From Promethearchaeia archaeon (GTDB taxonomy: Archaea > Asgardarchaeota > Lokiarchaeia > Sigyniarchaeales > SOKP01), in contig JAHQWJ010000120.1 of assembly GCA_029856125.1 (NCBI GenBank), positions 243,170 through 307,169 on the forward strand: a stretch of DNA of 64,000 nt. Reading direction: 5' to 3'. Of this stretch, positions 42,401 to 51,816 are shown piece after piece (the stretch's first letter is position 1; the number at the start of each line of letters is the position of its first letter). Below the pieces are notes generated by a model. It had not been told where the DNA came from and searched no databases. It was given only the letters and a program-made list of their open reading frames with translations. Both the position numbers and the translations under genes were made by a program.

Positions 42401-43416
42401 TTAAAACGATATTCATCTTCACTGACTTCGGTAATTCCAAGAGCTGAACCTTCATATTGTATCATTAAGCTCGTATAATGTGATTCATTAGAGAGCGTGA
42501 GCGAACTAAACGAATCACCAAAATCGCCAAAATCGTTTTGGGTCGATGTTTGATTGAACACCTCTGAAAAATTTCCAAATAGTGAATCATAGTCAAGGAT
42601 AATATCAGAGAATTGCTCAAATACATTATCTACTTCAAGATTTTCTAAATAACCTAAATCAAGTGAATCAATATTAAAATTTACCTGATCTATGGACTTA
42701 TATATATCATAGTCTAAGAAATCCAAGGAGTTCACTAATAGAAATGTGGAAGATAAATGTTGAGCATTAATATATTCTTCGGAAGTTAAACGTTCCACAT
42801 CTAAGGCTTTCCAATAACCATCCATAGGAAGGTTTTGCGTAATTTCATCAAGATAAATCTCCCAATTTGGATGATCCCCTACAAATGGAAAGAAATACGC
42901 GTTTGAGGTATTTATCGTTATTAAATCTATCTCAAATTTCTTTCTTATAATATCTAGCGCTCGATTTGCTCTAAACAATACGTCTTCTTCGCTCATTTCT
43001 TCATCGTAATAAAGAAATCCCGAAAAACCGTTAAAAGTCGTTTCATATTGCTTACTATAGCGATCTTCATTAATAACGCGAGGGAATAATTCTGGCGTAA
43101 TCCCGTTTGATACGCTGAGAAGCACATTACATTTATAAAACGCGGGATCTCTCGTATCAAACTTAGGAAGAATACTTGTATCGTTAGTGAAAAGCGATTG
43201 TTTAATGACTGATTTATTCCCTGCTACTAAAGCATTAATTTGTTCTGCATACAAATCTGTTCCCGCTATATCAGACATTTCTAGAAATTTTTCTTGAAAA
43301 TCGGATTGTTCCTCGTAATCAACTACAAATTCTTGACTGCCAAAATTGTCATATATTGGGAAAGAAATAAAATTAAGGAAGAATAAAACAGTCAATATTT
43401 CTTTAGAGTATTTCAT
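39457..43416 (-). CDS. large surface (glyco)protein with DUF11/BatD-like Ig domains and a C-terminal TM
   Basis: Signal-like N-terminus; repeated NITATNVG, FSNIGSNIARNV, IKNTG, NITVTNTG; many NxS/T sequons; C-terminal TM + basic tail. Confidence 0.75.
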   Translation of the reverse strand: MKYSKEILTVLFFLNFISFPIYDNFGSQEFVVDYEEQSDFQEKFLEMSDIAGTDLYAEQINALVAGNKSVIKQSLFTNDTSILPKFDTRDPAFYKCNVLLSVSNGITPELFPRVINEDRYSKQYETTFNGFSGFLYYDEEMSEEDVLFRANRALDIIRKKFEIDLITINTSNAYFFPFVGDHPNWEIYLDEITQNLPMDGYWKALDVERLTSEEYINAQHLSSTFLLVNSLDFLDYDIYKSIDQVNFNIDSLDLGYLENLEVDNVFEQFSDIILDYDSLFGNFSEVFNQTSTQNDFGDFGDSFSSLTLSNESHYTSLMIQYEGSALGITEVSEDEYRFNLWDALGYQGESLKPSEKIFISLIGAFMSEINVNIFCTDISDATPSYFTLYDFLLEQIGLLLYYAEIEFDIQALKDYSFELFWVNDNGFKQSYVKPVNLNNQADIINFLHQFGIQGLPGIPTGIFNPIEEIVITYKISNSEPNLLITKDLIGGNASNGAFKDFSFNITATNVGNETAWGVPTPIPIELDDIFPIIIGPIGVLLGLDEDLKESIWEVVRIEYAGQYTSLEDFFNFDKNPHIFYFDTTGAGTVDTYFPDLNNLTNFLPYNENMDHVIDLIAIGNPQLISSLDAIGQSSESLKDTFTNERSIWNSENWKLEPNEVLSYTYDNFSIEGFDTFSSFYKYNFTVNENFPQIPSIISGISLDGTSPQMALNNDNLDWIVESEQKYIDQHEIELQFLFKNETAIDLTNNSLDSISIIVNYTDINEVLNFEVFNYTSETFQDISPYLITTINNASTYTFIKDQEIFEWIFDPADRNNHSIILKIKGINSDKFNISINDLDIEFYYRDVNEYTVLGSRVTYTSLSGKVEYIKKSNTISLSTYNMASITSYSYLSSYSSSTREINNYTLVFSNIGSNIARNVNISIMVPGIMHNPFNFTIEKDYLKYNILNLAPSEKKQISFSFYVPNTATISNATISYNNLDFIQNLNSTTLESQPNDVYFSAPIDYLSRKPYVRTIEIHCNSTTLAPSVDEIFNLSIYIKNTGIAGLVIPNLSLSFNDQYGDLVPNSKKNLVTPEIMYNELIIFNISLIKIGWKGYYYPSVNYFSCLEENTIQIASSKSFILGFINFSILKSVNRDQIEIGDIITVNITVTNTGNICAKNITISDAIGFTNIEFELISGSLIYTATSLQPDEKITFSYKIQATKQALIRLKPASIEYFYLQKVIETSNSIEIKVIIPEEINILFVLGPALAAFTTLTIFIWKTKKYKASKYELQRNELMLFKVSRNDSVLKVENTLRDRLNSLSKEQSYIKDSTEDGGEF

Positions 43417-43432
43417 AATTTTTCATCTCCTC

Positions 43433-46432
43433 CTACATTGTTTCCCTATAAATATCTACAATTTTCTTTTTTCGGGATTTATTCAATAATACTTTCATTC
43501 CAATTAGAGTAAAAATTATCGATATAGCAAAAATTACGAACATATCTGTTAATGGAAAAACAGGGATATTAGGTAAACCGCTAGTTAGATTCATAGACAC
43601 ACTTAGAAGTAAACTAGTAACCCACCCTACGATGACACCTACAGTTCCACTACTTAGCATAATAATTAACGACTCTATAGTAAACATTCTCCCGATTTCT
43701 TTCCCTTTTAACCCTAAAGTTCTAACAATCCCTATTTCTTTTTTTCTTTCAATAATTGTTGAATAAGAAGATGATAGTAATCCAAATAAACAGATGATTA
43801 CTGTCGCATTCAAGGTCATAGAAAAAAACACGGCAATAATTGTGAAAAATAATTCTTGTTCCGTAATCCTTTGTTGTAAACTTATTATCTCAAAATCAAA
43901 AGAGTTCTCATTTTCCCGTTTTAGTTTATTCATGATAAACTGTGATGAACTTTGGGCATTTAGATTGAGTTTAATAAATATCTTGTCTAAGTATGGTATT
44001 GGGGGAATATCCATAATACTCATATAGGTTTCTTGAGAAATCATAACGCCCCCCATATTAGCCGATGCAGCAGATCTCCCAAATTCACCCATAAAGCCTG
44101 GCATGGCTGCTGCGACTCCAACTATTTTAAAAGTATAGATCTCAGACTCGTCCCCCCTCTGTATTACCATCCGAATAATATCTCCGAGAAGCATATCCAT
44201 ACTTAAAGAAATACCTTCTGATATAATACAAGTATAGAAAGTTTGTTCAATAAATAGTTGTTCAAAAGACGATTTGGTTTCTCCCTGTGTAAATTCCATA
44301 TATTCGGTTTTGATCGTAGATAGATATACTTCGTCAACGCCGATAAGACTTATTTCTTGTGTTGTCAAACCAGCGTAATCCCCAATCTCTGCTGTAAATT
44401 CTTTACCTTCTTCAGAATAAATTTGTGTTAACTGGAAAGGGCTGGCGATTACCGAGGAAATCCTCTCGATACCATCGATTTTTAATAATTCATCCTTAAA
44501 ATCGCTTGTGAGGATTCTATTCGGATTTACAGAAAAGTCGCTATCTTGACTTGTTTTAAGACCATCAACAGAAGTGCTAAGAAAATCACCACCCTCACCT
44601 CCAAATAATCCAAAACTCTCGACTTCTTCGGGTTCGAACCACCCTTCTGTTTCTATCACTAAATCTGAGCCTAAATTCAAGTTAGCACTCACTACACTCT
44701 CGTTCGCTAAAAAGCTAAATACGCTCGAAGTAAATATTACAAACGAAAAAGTAAATGCAAAAGTTATTATCGTGCTAGAGTTCCTTCTAACATATCTAAA
44801 TATAAAGATTCTATAGACTGGGGCTAATTTTTTGGTAAATACTGAAAAAAATCTAATAAACATTCTTAAAATTAAAGGCATTAAGGCCAATCCTGCCAAT
44901 GTCATTCCAATCAAAAATATTAATAACAAAGCGATTAAAGTTCCTGACATTAACGCCGCATCTCCAGTAGTTAATATCCTTGGGATAACAAACAATACAA
45001 ACGCTCCATTCGCGGCCAGAATAACACCCACGATTAGAAGCTTATAGTTCACCGAAGCTTTTTTTTTAAGTTTATATAACACATCCTCCTTACGATAAGG
45101 ATGGATAGATTCTATTAATTGGAGCTTCATAACTTTAATAGCAGGTGAGATACTAACAATAAGCCCTACACTTAATCCAATGATATAAGCAATTAAAAAC
45201 GACCAAATAGTAGACGAGAACGTTATATTTCCCGCTAGACCCGGTATCGATTCCGCTACAACAGCACCTGCTATCGGAAGTACGAGATATTGTGTTAGAA
45301 GTTGGGCTAGTATCATGCCTAATATCGTTCCAAAATTACATAACAACAATCCTTGTACTAAAACGATTATTAAACTGTAACGCTTGGTTGCTCCCAGCGT
45401 TCTAAAGATCCCAAACTCTCTTATACGTTCCTCAACAGATGTTTTTAGAATCCCATTAATTAAAACACCAGAAATTAGCATAGAGATCATAGTTACGAAT
45501 ACAAAAATTATCGTCAACCCGACGCTAAACATTTCAGAATAACCTAGAATGTCTAACTTTGGTAAACCTATATTATATTCGTTTAATCCGATTAAAATCT
45601 GAACTTTTCCCGCTAATTTTTTGACTCGATCTTCTGTACCGTCGATATCCCTTGCATCATATAAAAGTTCATCCCCTTTTAATGTTAAAATTAATTCGTT
45701 ACATTTTCCATTGAATGTCGTGTTACCAAAGGTATCGTAAATGGTATTAATATCAACGACAATCAAGGGTCGGTTTGTATATGTTATAGGCCATTTCAAT
45801 TGAAAATCAAAAATGCGATTTATGGTAAAATTTTTTACTCTATAATAGTAAGTATCTCCGTGCCATAATCCCATTCTAATTTCAATTGTGTCGTTCTCAG
45901 CATATTTAATTTCCTCGTTTAACCCGTAATATATAGCACATTGATTCAAAGCTAAATTAGAAATCTCTAACAATTCGTTAGTATCTGGCTTTAAAAAACT
46001 CCCAAATTGAAGTTGGTTTTCTAATTCAAAATCTATCCCCGAGATAATAACGCTACTCCTACTGTTTGCTAATTCTTGGGTTTCATAACCCTTAGAATCG
46101 TTAACATTTCCCCATAAACTCATTCTAGGAATAAAGGATTCAACTTCGTCGATATCACTATGGATCGTTTCTATTATGGGCTGATAACTGAAATAATTCG
46201 ACCGATTATCGGGCTCGCCATTATAATGTCTTACGGAAACATTAAAATCTTGTTGGCCTGCATCGATACTAAGATAATCAATGAAAGTAACTGCTATAGA
46301 ATCTGATAAAAATAGAATTAGCGCTAGAAGTCCAATAGAAATTGTAATTCCTAATACCCCAATAAAGGTCCTGGTCTTGTGACGGACGAAATCTTTTAAG
46401 GCGTATTTAAATACTATTTTTATGTTAGTCAT
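43433..46432 (-). CDS. MacB/FtsX-type ABC transporter permease, paralog of 31652..34618
   Basis: EERIREFGIFRTLG and ERKKEIGIVRTLG motifs. Confidence 0.9.
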   Translation of the reverse strand: MTNIKIVFKYALKDFVRHKTRTFIGVLGITISIGLLALILFLSDSIAVTFIDYLSIDAGQQDFNVSVRHYNGEPDNRSNYFSYQPIIETIHSDIDEVESFIPRMSLWGNVNDSKGYETQELANSRSSVIISGIDFELENQLQFGSFLKPDTNELLEISNLALNQCAIYYGLNEEIKYAENDTIEIRMGLWHGDTYYYRVKNFTINRIFDFQLKWPITYTNRPLIVVDINTIYDTFGNTTFNGKCNELILTLKGDELLYDARDIDGTEDRVKKLAGKVQILIGLNEYNIGLPKLDILGYSEMFSVGLTIIFVFVTMISMLISGVLINGILKTSVEERIREFGIFRTLGATKRYSLIIVLVQGLLLCNFGTILGMILAQLLTQYLVLPIAGAVVAESIPGLAGNITFSSTIWSFLIAYIIGLSVGLIVSISPAIKVMKLQLIESIHPYRKEDVLYKLKKKASVNYKLLIVGVILAANGAFVLFVIPRILTTGDAALMSGTLIALLLIFLIGMTLAGLALMPLILRMFIRFFSVFTKKLAPVYRIFIFRYVRRNSSTIITFAFTFSFVIFTSSVFSFLANESVVSANLNLGSDLVIETEGWFEPEEVESFGLFGGEGGDFLSTSVDGLKTSQDSDFSVNPNRILTSDFKDELLKIDGIERISSVIASPFQLTQIYSEEGKEFTAEIGDYAGLTTQEISLIGVDEVYLSTIKTEYMEFTQGETKSSFEQLFIEQTFYTCIISEGISLSMDMLLGDIIRMVIQRGDESEIYTFKIVGVAAAMPGFMGEFGRSAASANMGGVMISQETYMSIMDIPPIPYLDKIFIKLNLNAQSSSQFIMNKLKRENENSFDFEIISLQQRITEQELFFTIIAVFFSMTLNATVIICLFGLLSSSYSTIIERKKEIGIVRTLGLKGKEIGRMFTIESLIIMLSSGTVGVIVGWVTSLLLSVSMNLTSGLPNIPVFPLTDMFVIFAISIIFTLIGMKVLLNKSRKKKIVDIYRETM

Positions 46433-46474
46433 TCTAATTAAAACGTACTTTTATAATAAAATAGATGAATTATT

Positions 46475-47653
46475 TCAATCTAAAATCAATTCTTCTCCCG
46501 AAATTTGCCCCTTAATATTATTTTCTTCTATAAGTTCATCCAAAATATCGTTAAAATGTTCTGGGAGGTTTGAAACGATCGGAATTGGGACACTATTTTT
46601 AATATCACTAACTTTGATATTGGTTTTACCTTGATTCGTATATAAAAATTTAAATATTAAACTCTTACATTTTTCCTTATTAATTTCAGCGTCCTGTTTC
46701 CTTCGTAACTGCATAATATCTGTTTCTTTTAGACCTCCAATTTTCCCCTCGTGAGTTAATTTTCCATCTCTCATGTGATACACTTTCGTAGCGAATTCTG
46801 ATACCGCAGCATCGTGAGATACAGATATAAATGTTGCTCCTTTTTTGTTTAAATCTCTAATAAGGTTCAAAATCATAATTCCGGTCTTGGAGTCTAAGTC
46901 ACCAGTTGGTTCGTCGAGAATTACTATGGCTGGATCGTTAGCAAATGCTCTTGCAATTGCAACTCTTTGTTGTTCCCCACCGCTTAATTCTGATGGTGTA
47001 TGGTGAGAACGCTCATCCAACCCTACCAGACTCAGTAAATCCATTGCTTTTTTTCTCTTACCTCTTTTACTTAACTTTCCAGAAAAATGTAAAGGGACCA
47101 TTACATTTTCTAAAGCTGTCATTTGCGGTAGTAAGTTATAAAATTGAAATACAAAGCCAATTCTTTCTCTTCTTATTTCTGCTAAGTTGTTGTCATTAAG
47201 CATGGAAATATTACGCCCTTCTAAGAAAATTTTTCCTCTCGTAGGAGTATCCAATCCACCTACTAGGTTTAAAAGTGTTGTTTTGCCACTTCCTGAAGGA
47301 CCCATTATATCTATAAAATTACCTTTATCAATCGCTAAATCAACGCCGCGCAGAGCCGCTACCGCCGTGGTTCCAAGTAAATATGTTTTGTGTAGGTTCT
47401 CAACAACAATTAAATGCTCATAATCTTTTCCAACTTCTTTTTCTTGTTTTATTTCGAATTTGATTTTCTTTCTTTCTTCACGAGAGAGGGTAAGTGATTC
47501 CAATTTCTGCTGTTTTAATGTATTTTTTTGTTTTTTAATTTGCCATTTTCGAAATTCTTTGCTTTCTTTTCCCTTCCATATCGCAAGTTTTCCAGTTTCG
47601 TTTTCGTATTCATCCATTTCCTCAGTTTTTTTAATAATTCTTCTTTCAGACAT
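46475..47653 (-). CDS. ABC ATPase (LolD/MacB family) with N- and C-terminal extensions
   Basis: GPSGSGKT, IGFVFQFYNL, LSGGEQQRVAIARA, ILDEPTG, SHD. Confidence 0.95.
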   Translation of the reverse strand: MSERRIIKKTEEMDEYENETGKLAIWKGKESKEFRKWQIKKQKNTLKQQKLESLTLSREERKKIKFEIKQEKEVGKDYEHLIVVENLHKTYLLGTTAVAALRGVDLAIDKGNFIDIMGPSGSGKTTLLNLVGGLDTPTRGKIFLEGRNISMLNDNNLAEIRRERIGFVFQFYNLLPQMTALENVMVPLHFSGKLSKRGKRKKAMDLLSLVGLDERSHHTPSELSGGEQQRVAIARAFANDPAIVILDEPTGDLDSKTGIMILNLIRDLNKKGATFISVSHDAAVSEFATKVYHMRDGKLTHEGKIGGLKETDIMQLRRKQDAEINKEKCKSLIFKFLYTNQGKTNIKVSDIKNSVPIPIVSNLPEHFNDILDELIEENNIKGQISGEELILD

Positions 47654-47828
47654 TAAGTTTAACCCTTTTTTGAGTATAGAAATATAAATTGTAGAACAAA
47701 TACTAAGATAATCATTACTGCAATAGGTTTAGAAGTATTAGGAATGTTTTAAACATTAAGATTCTAATATATTCGAACATCCAATAAAAATTTTTTTAGA
47801 TATAAAACGATTGAAATAGGAGTGAAAT

Positions 47829-48551
47829 TCATTTTCTTTCTAGGTATTTTAAAATTTTCAGACTAATATCTTTCTCAGCATCTTTATGCGTTTTAAATAT
47901 ATCTGATTTTAAGTTTTTAGGTACTTTAATTAGCTCTTTCTGATTATTATCCACAATTTCTGGGTTTTTCGCAATCCAACGAGCATCATCATCTGGACCT
48001 AGCTTTTCATAATCAAACTTGATCGTAGGTGTTACCTTGAATTTATCCTGTAAATATTCTAAAAGCTGGTTTTTGTATAAGTGCGGTGATTCCTTTATTA
48101 ACGACTCCCAATCAGTTACAAATCTGTCAATAATTATTTTTTCAACTACTTGTAAATTATTTCCTGAATCGATAAAAATCGCTCCGCAAATCGCTTCGAA
48201 TACATCCGCAAGTATAGAACTGTCTTTTACTCTTTGCTTTTTTGAAGAAAAAATGTATTTCCACAATTCCATTCCTAACGCTATTTTTTGAAAAGTTCTA
48301 TTATCCTCTAAGCGTAGTTTGGTTTTAGTTAAATTGCCAGGATCGACTTCACCTTTAATATAGAGTTTAAAACTAAAGATTAATTTGATCACGGCATCTC
48401 CAAGCGTTTCGAGGATTTGATAGGAAGGAAGCTTTTTTTCGTTAGCAAATTGGGATGTGGTTAAGGCTTGAAGTAGCATTTCTGGTTTATTAAAACGATA
48501 ATTTATAAAATCTTGAAACTGATCTAGTATGTCTTCTGTAATCTTATCCAT
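47829..48551 (-). CDS. rnc: ribonuclease III family protein with a dsRBD-like C-terminus
   Basis: YRFNKPEMLLQALT, LETLGDAVI, LADVFEAICGAIFID, YKNQLLEYLQ...KDAEK. Confidence 0.85.
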   Translation of the reverse strand: MDKITEDILDQFQDFINYRFNKPEMLLQALTTSQFANEKKLPSYQILETLGDAVIKLIFSFKLYIKGEVDPGNLTKTKLRLEDNRTFQKIALGMELWKYIFSSKKQRVKDSSILADVFEAICGAIFIDSGNNLQVVEKIIIDRFVTDWESLIKESPHLYKNQLLEYLQDKFKVTPTIKFDYEKLGPDDDARWIAKNPEIVDNNQKELIKVPKNLKSDIFKTHKDAEKDISLKILKYLERK

Positions 48552-48604
48552 GCTGTATAAAATGAAAGGATAAATTTAAAAATTTAAATAAAGTTAGTTA
48601 GTAT

Positions 48605-49027
48605 ATGGAGTTAAAAAAAACTCTCTCACTTATTGAAGACATCGAGCAGAAAAATGTTAAAATTGATGAAATTCTTTCAAGTTTGCCAATATCTTCTCGT
48701 AATGAACTTCTTGAGGAAATAACGCGAGATATTATTGAACAAAATAGTATCATTAAAGAACATGGCTTTGCTAAGGAAAATACCTGTGATCCAGAATCAC
48801 CAACTCAAGAAATCTCATCAATAAATTTATTAATTGATAATCTCGTTTCAAATATTCAAAAAAATCCTTCTAAGAAAGTGCTCTATTTACGTTTATTCCT
48901 TGAAAGATTTCGAGATATTTCTGATCAAGATAAAAACGTTGTAATCCTGTCCATAAAGGACGAAGATTCTAAAGGATTAAAAGAAAAAATATTATCGATT
49001 TTGAAAGTATTCAAATTGGAAGGATGA
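48605..49027 (+). CDS. hypothetical helical protein
   Basis: 140-aa ORF with ATG start filling the gap; no recognisable motif. Confidence 0.6.
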   Translation: MELKKTLSLIEDIEQKNVKIDEILSSLPISSRNELLEEITRDIIEQNSIIKEHGFAKENTCDPESPTQEISSINLLIDNLVSNIQKNPSKKVLYLRLFLERFRDISDQDKNVVILSIKDEDSKGLKEKILSILKVFKLEG

Positions 49028-49093
49028 ATAGAAAAAATAGATTTTATATGTTATCGAATTTGATTAATTAATCCCATTTGAACTAATCTTATC

Positions 49094-49507
49094 CTATTCA
49101 GATTCAGTTTCATATTCAAACAGTTTCATTAAAATTAGAACACTTTTTATACCTTTCATTTTGATCCTAAAAGTGATGACTTTCCAAACAATTGATCCCA
49201 ATGAAATATCACCCCCTCCCAAGATGTCTGCAAAAACGTTGGTTTTTGTTTCCATAAAACCATCCCAGCCGAGAGCTTTTTTCGATATGTTCGATTTTGG
49301 GTTGTTTTCAATGCCCTCAACATAGATTCTACCCTTTTCTATCACTAAAAGGGCAGCTTGTTTTCCATCTTTAGGGTTTAAAAGTATTTTGATTAAAGAA
49401 TCCTTATAATCTTCTTTAAATTGCTCAATTGTGTTCAGGACTTCTATTTCTTTAGCCACAACCTTAGCTATTCCTTTTAACCGCTTCTTTTTTTCTTCTT
49501 CATTCAT
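49094..49507 (-). CDS. SCP2 sterol/lipid-binding domain-like protein
   Basis: AALLVIEKGRIYV...FADILGG...IKMKG...LMKLF pattern of SCP2 domains. Confidence 0.6.
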   Translation of the reverse strand: MNEEEKKKRLKGIAKVVAKEIEVLNTIEQFKEDYKDSLIKILLNPKDGKQAALLVIEKGRIYVEGIENNPKSNISKKALGWDGFMETKTNVFADILGGGDISLGSIVWKVITFRIKMKGIKSVLILMKLFEYETESE

Positions 49508-49668
49508 TGTTAATCATTTTTTTACATTAATGTAAAATAGTTTTGCCTTAATTTCCTATTTAATTAAATCTAATAATAATGAGATATCTTTAAAATTGTC
49601 TTTTTTAACGTTTATAATAAAGAAGAAGAATAATTCTAAATCGGGAGTTATGCTATAGCTCCGTGAGG

Positions 49669-49920
49669 TTAATAACTCTCAGCACCACCAGCATCAAAGA
49701 ATTCTTCAAAAGCTTTTCTATCCTGAGCAGAAATTTTGGCACTACTCATTGTTTCTTTCACAACTATAGGAGCTGACTCCTTCTCGTCGTGTATGATCTT
49801 TTTAACTATTTTAAAATCATCTGCATCTGCTTCTAAATCGAATTCTTTATCGCAAGCTTTGCAATATAATTTTTGGTTTTTTGGAAAGATGATATTGTCA
49901 CAGTCTGGGCAGAACTTCAT
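49669..49920 (-). CDS. RpoM/TFS-like N-terminal Zn-ribbon protein lacking the C-terminal cleavage ribbon (start moved to ATG 49920)
   Basis: MKFCPDCDNIIFPK...LYCKACD matches TFS/Rpb9 N-termini; no second CxxC or QTRxADE motif. Confidence 0.7.
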   Translation of the reverse strand: MKFCPDCDNIIFPKNQKLYCKACDKEFDLEADADDFKIVKKIIHDEKESAPIVVKETMSSAKISAQDRKAFEEFFDAGGAESY

Positions 49921-50211
49921 GGTTTCGATTATCACCAATTTTTCATTTTTTACTTTTTTAAGTTTATTATTCCTTAAGTGTCTTGTATAATCTTCTGTCG
50001 TCAATTAATATGTAAAATAGTTAACATTTATAAATTTATTGGCGTCCAATGAGAGAAGTTGAGTTCAGATATTTAAACTTTTCTTTTACGTTTTTAATGT
50101 ATAACAAATGAAAAGGTAATGAGAGTTTAGTTTATGCCTATAGATGGTATTAGGTTAAAGGGCGTGCTAAGTTAGGAAGTCATCTTTTTATGATAATGTT
50201 TTTTCGTAATT

Positions 50212-50928
50212 TTATCTTAATTTTTGTAAATCTATTGGGTTCCCTTCTAAACAAAGTGTACTTATTTTTTTTAAGTTGTCTAAATCCTTTATTTGAATTA
50301 TTTTATTGTGCGTACAACCAAAAAAATATAATTTTGAAAGATTTGCTAACCCCTCAATTTCGCATATATCATTATAACTCAAATCTAAATCTTCTAAATT
50401 ACCTAAGTGTTGGAGATTAGTTATAGCAGAAATTTTGTTTTTTATTAGATTTAAACTCCTTAAATTTATAAGGGAATCAAGCCCATTAATCTCAGAAATC
50501 AGATTATCACATAAACACAAATATTTTAATTTTTTTAATTTGTCTAAATTTTTAATTCTAGAAATTTTATTTTTTTTTAACCAAAGTTCTTCGAGGTTTT
50601 GAAGCGCACTTAAGCCTTTGAGTTCAGATATTAGGTTCTTTTTCAGCCATAATACCCTTAAGTTTTCTAGATTATCAAGGCCCTTTATTTCAGTAATCTG
50701 ATTATTATTTAAACACAAAATCTCTAATTTTTTAAGTTTATCTAAGCCATTAATTTGAGATATCTGGTTGTTAGATAAATCTAAAATGTGCAAGTTGGAT
50801 AATTTCTCGAGGCCTTGTATCTTTTCAATATCCTTTATGCCTTTATTGGATAAGTTTAAGGCGTGATTTTCTATATTAAATTTTTGTCCATCATATTGGA
50901 CAAAATTTTGACTTTGTTGAAAATGCAT
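50212..50928 (-). CDS. leucine-rich repeat protein (SDS22-like, 22-aa repeats)
   Basis: About 9 LxxLxLxxNxIxxIxGLxxL repeats. Confidence 0.93.
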   Translation of the reverse strand: MHFQQSQNFVQYDGQKFNIENHALNLSNKGIKDIEKIQGLEKLSNLHILDLSNNQISQINGLDKLKKLEILCLNNNQITEIKGLDNLENLRVLWLKKNLISELKGLSALQNLEELWLKKNKISRIKNLDKLKKLKYLCLCDNLISEINGLDSLINLRSLNLIKNKISAITNLQHLGNLEDLDLSYNDICEIEGLANLSKLYFFGCTHNKIIQIKDLDNLKKISTLCLEGNPIDLQKLR

Positions 50929-51043
50929 GGATTGATTTTAGTTAATCTTCTATTTAAACTTATCGTATGTGTTCTCTTTACTTAAGAAACATAAATGCTA
51001 AATTTTAAAGTAATAATTAATTATTTTAAGAGAGAATATCGAT

Positions 51044-51775
51044 ATGAATGCGATTAACAAGATTATCATCATGGGTCATCGAGGCGCTAGTAAAATAGCC
51101 CCCGAGAATACATTAAAAGCATTTAAAGAAGCAATTCGCTTAAAAGCAGACGCAGTCGAATTTGATGTCCAAGAAACAGTCGATGGTGAAATTGTTATCA
51201 TCCATGATTACGATACCCTTAGAACCGCTGGAACTGAAGGTACTGTAGAACAAATGACCCTTAAAAAATTAAAAAAATTGAATTTTGGAAATGGTGAACA
51301 AATTCCAACACTTTTGGAATTAATTGAGTTAGCAAAAGATAAAATATCTCTTAATTGCGAAATTAAAGTAGAAGGTATCGCTAAAAAAATAATTCACATT
51401 TTCCAAGATGCTGACATTCTTGATTCTACGATAGTTAGTTCATTTTTACATGAAGAATTGATTAAGATACAAAAAATTGAACCACAATTAAAATTAGCAA
51501 CCCTTGTCCCTACTGAAGCAGGAAAATTCTCAGATTGGAATTATAAGAAGAAATTAATTGATTTTACATCTGAGAATAATTACTATGCAATTAATCCGTT
51601 ATATAAACTAGCTGATAAACAATTTATCGAATATGCCCATGAAAAAAACATAAAAGTTTTTCCGTGGACTGTTGATTCTGGAATTGCTATGAAGAAATTA
51701 ATAAATATGGGCACAGATGGGATTATAACCAATGACATTACTCGTCTTAAAGAAGTTTTGAACCGTAATGACTAA
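51044..51775 (+). CDS. glycerophosphodiester phosphodiesterase
   Basis: GHRGAS...PENT, EFDV, HD, EIK, WTVD, DGIITN. Confidence 0.93.
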   Translation: MNAINKIIIMGHRGASKIAPENTLKAFKEAIRLKADAVEFDVQETVDGEIVIIHDYDTLRTAGTEGTVEQMTLKKLKKLNFGNGEQIPTLLELIELAKDKISLNCEIKVEGIAKKIIHIFQDADILDSTIVSSFLHEELIKIQKIEPQLKLATLVPTEAGKFSDWNYKKKLIDFTSENNYYAINPLYKLADKQFIEYAHEKNIKVFPWTVDSGIAMKKLINMGTDGIITNDITRLKEVLNRND

Positions 51776-51816
51776 TCCAATTAATAAAACTTAATTACAA
51801 ATTAATAGGGGATATT

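Noticed and set aside
49921-50004. N-terminal 28 aa of the tracked 111-aa ORF
   Set aside because: Family homology starts at MKFCPDC (ATG 49920); the extension is AT-rich leader-like sequence.
50212-50928. LRR gene as a DNA tandem repeat or diversity locus
   Set aside because: The 66-nt periodicity is explained by ordinary diverged LRR coding, and no template/variable repeat pair was seen.
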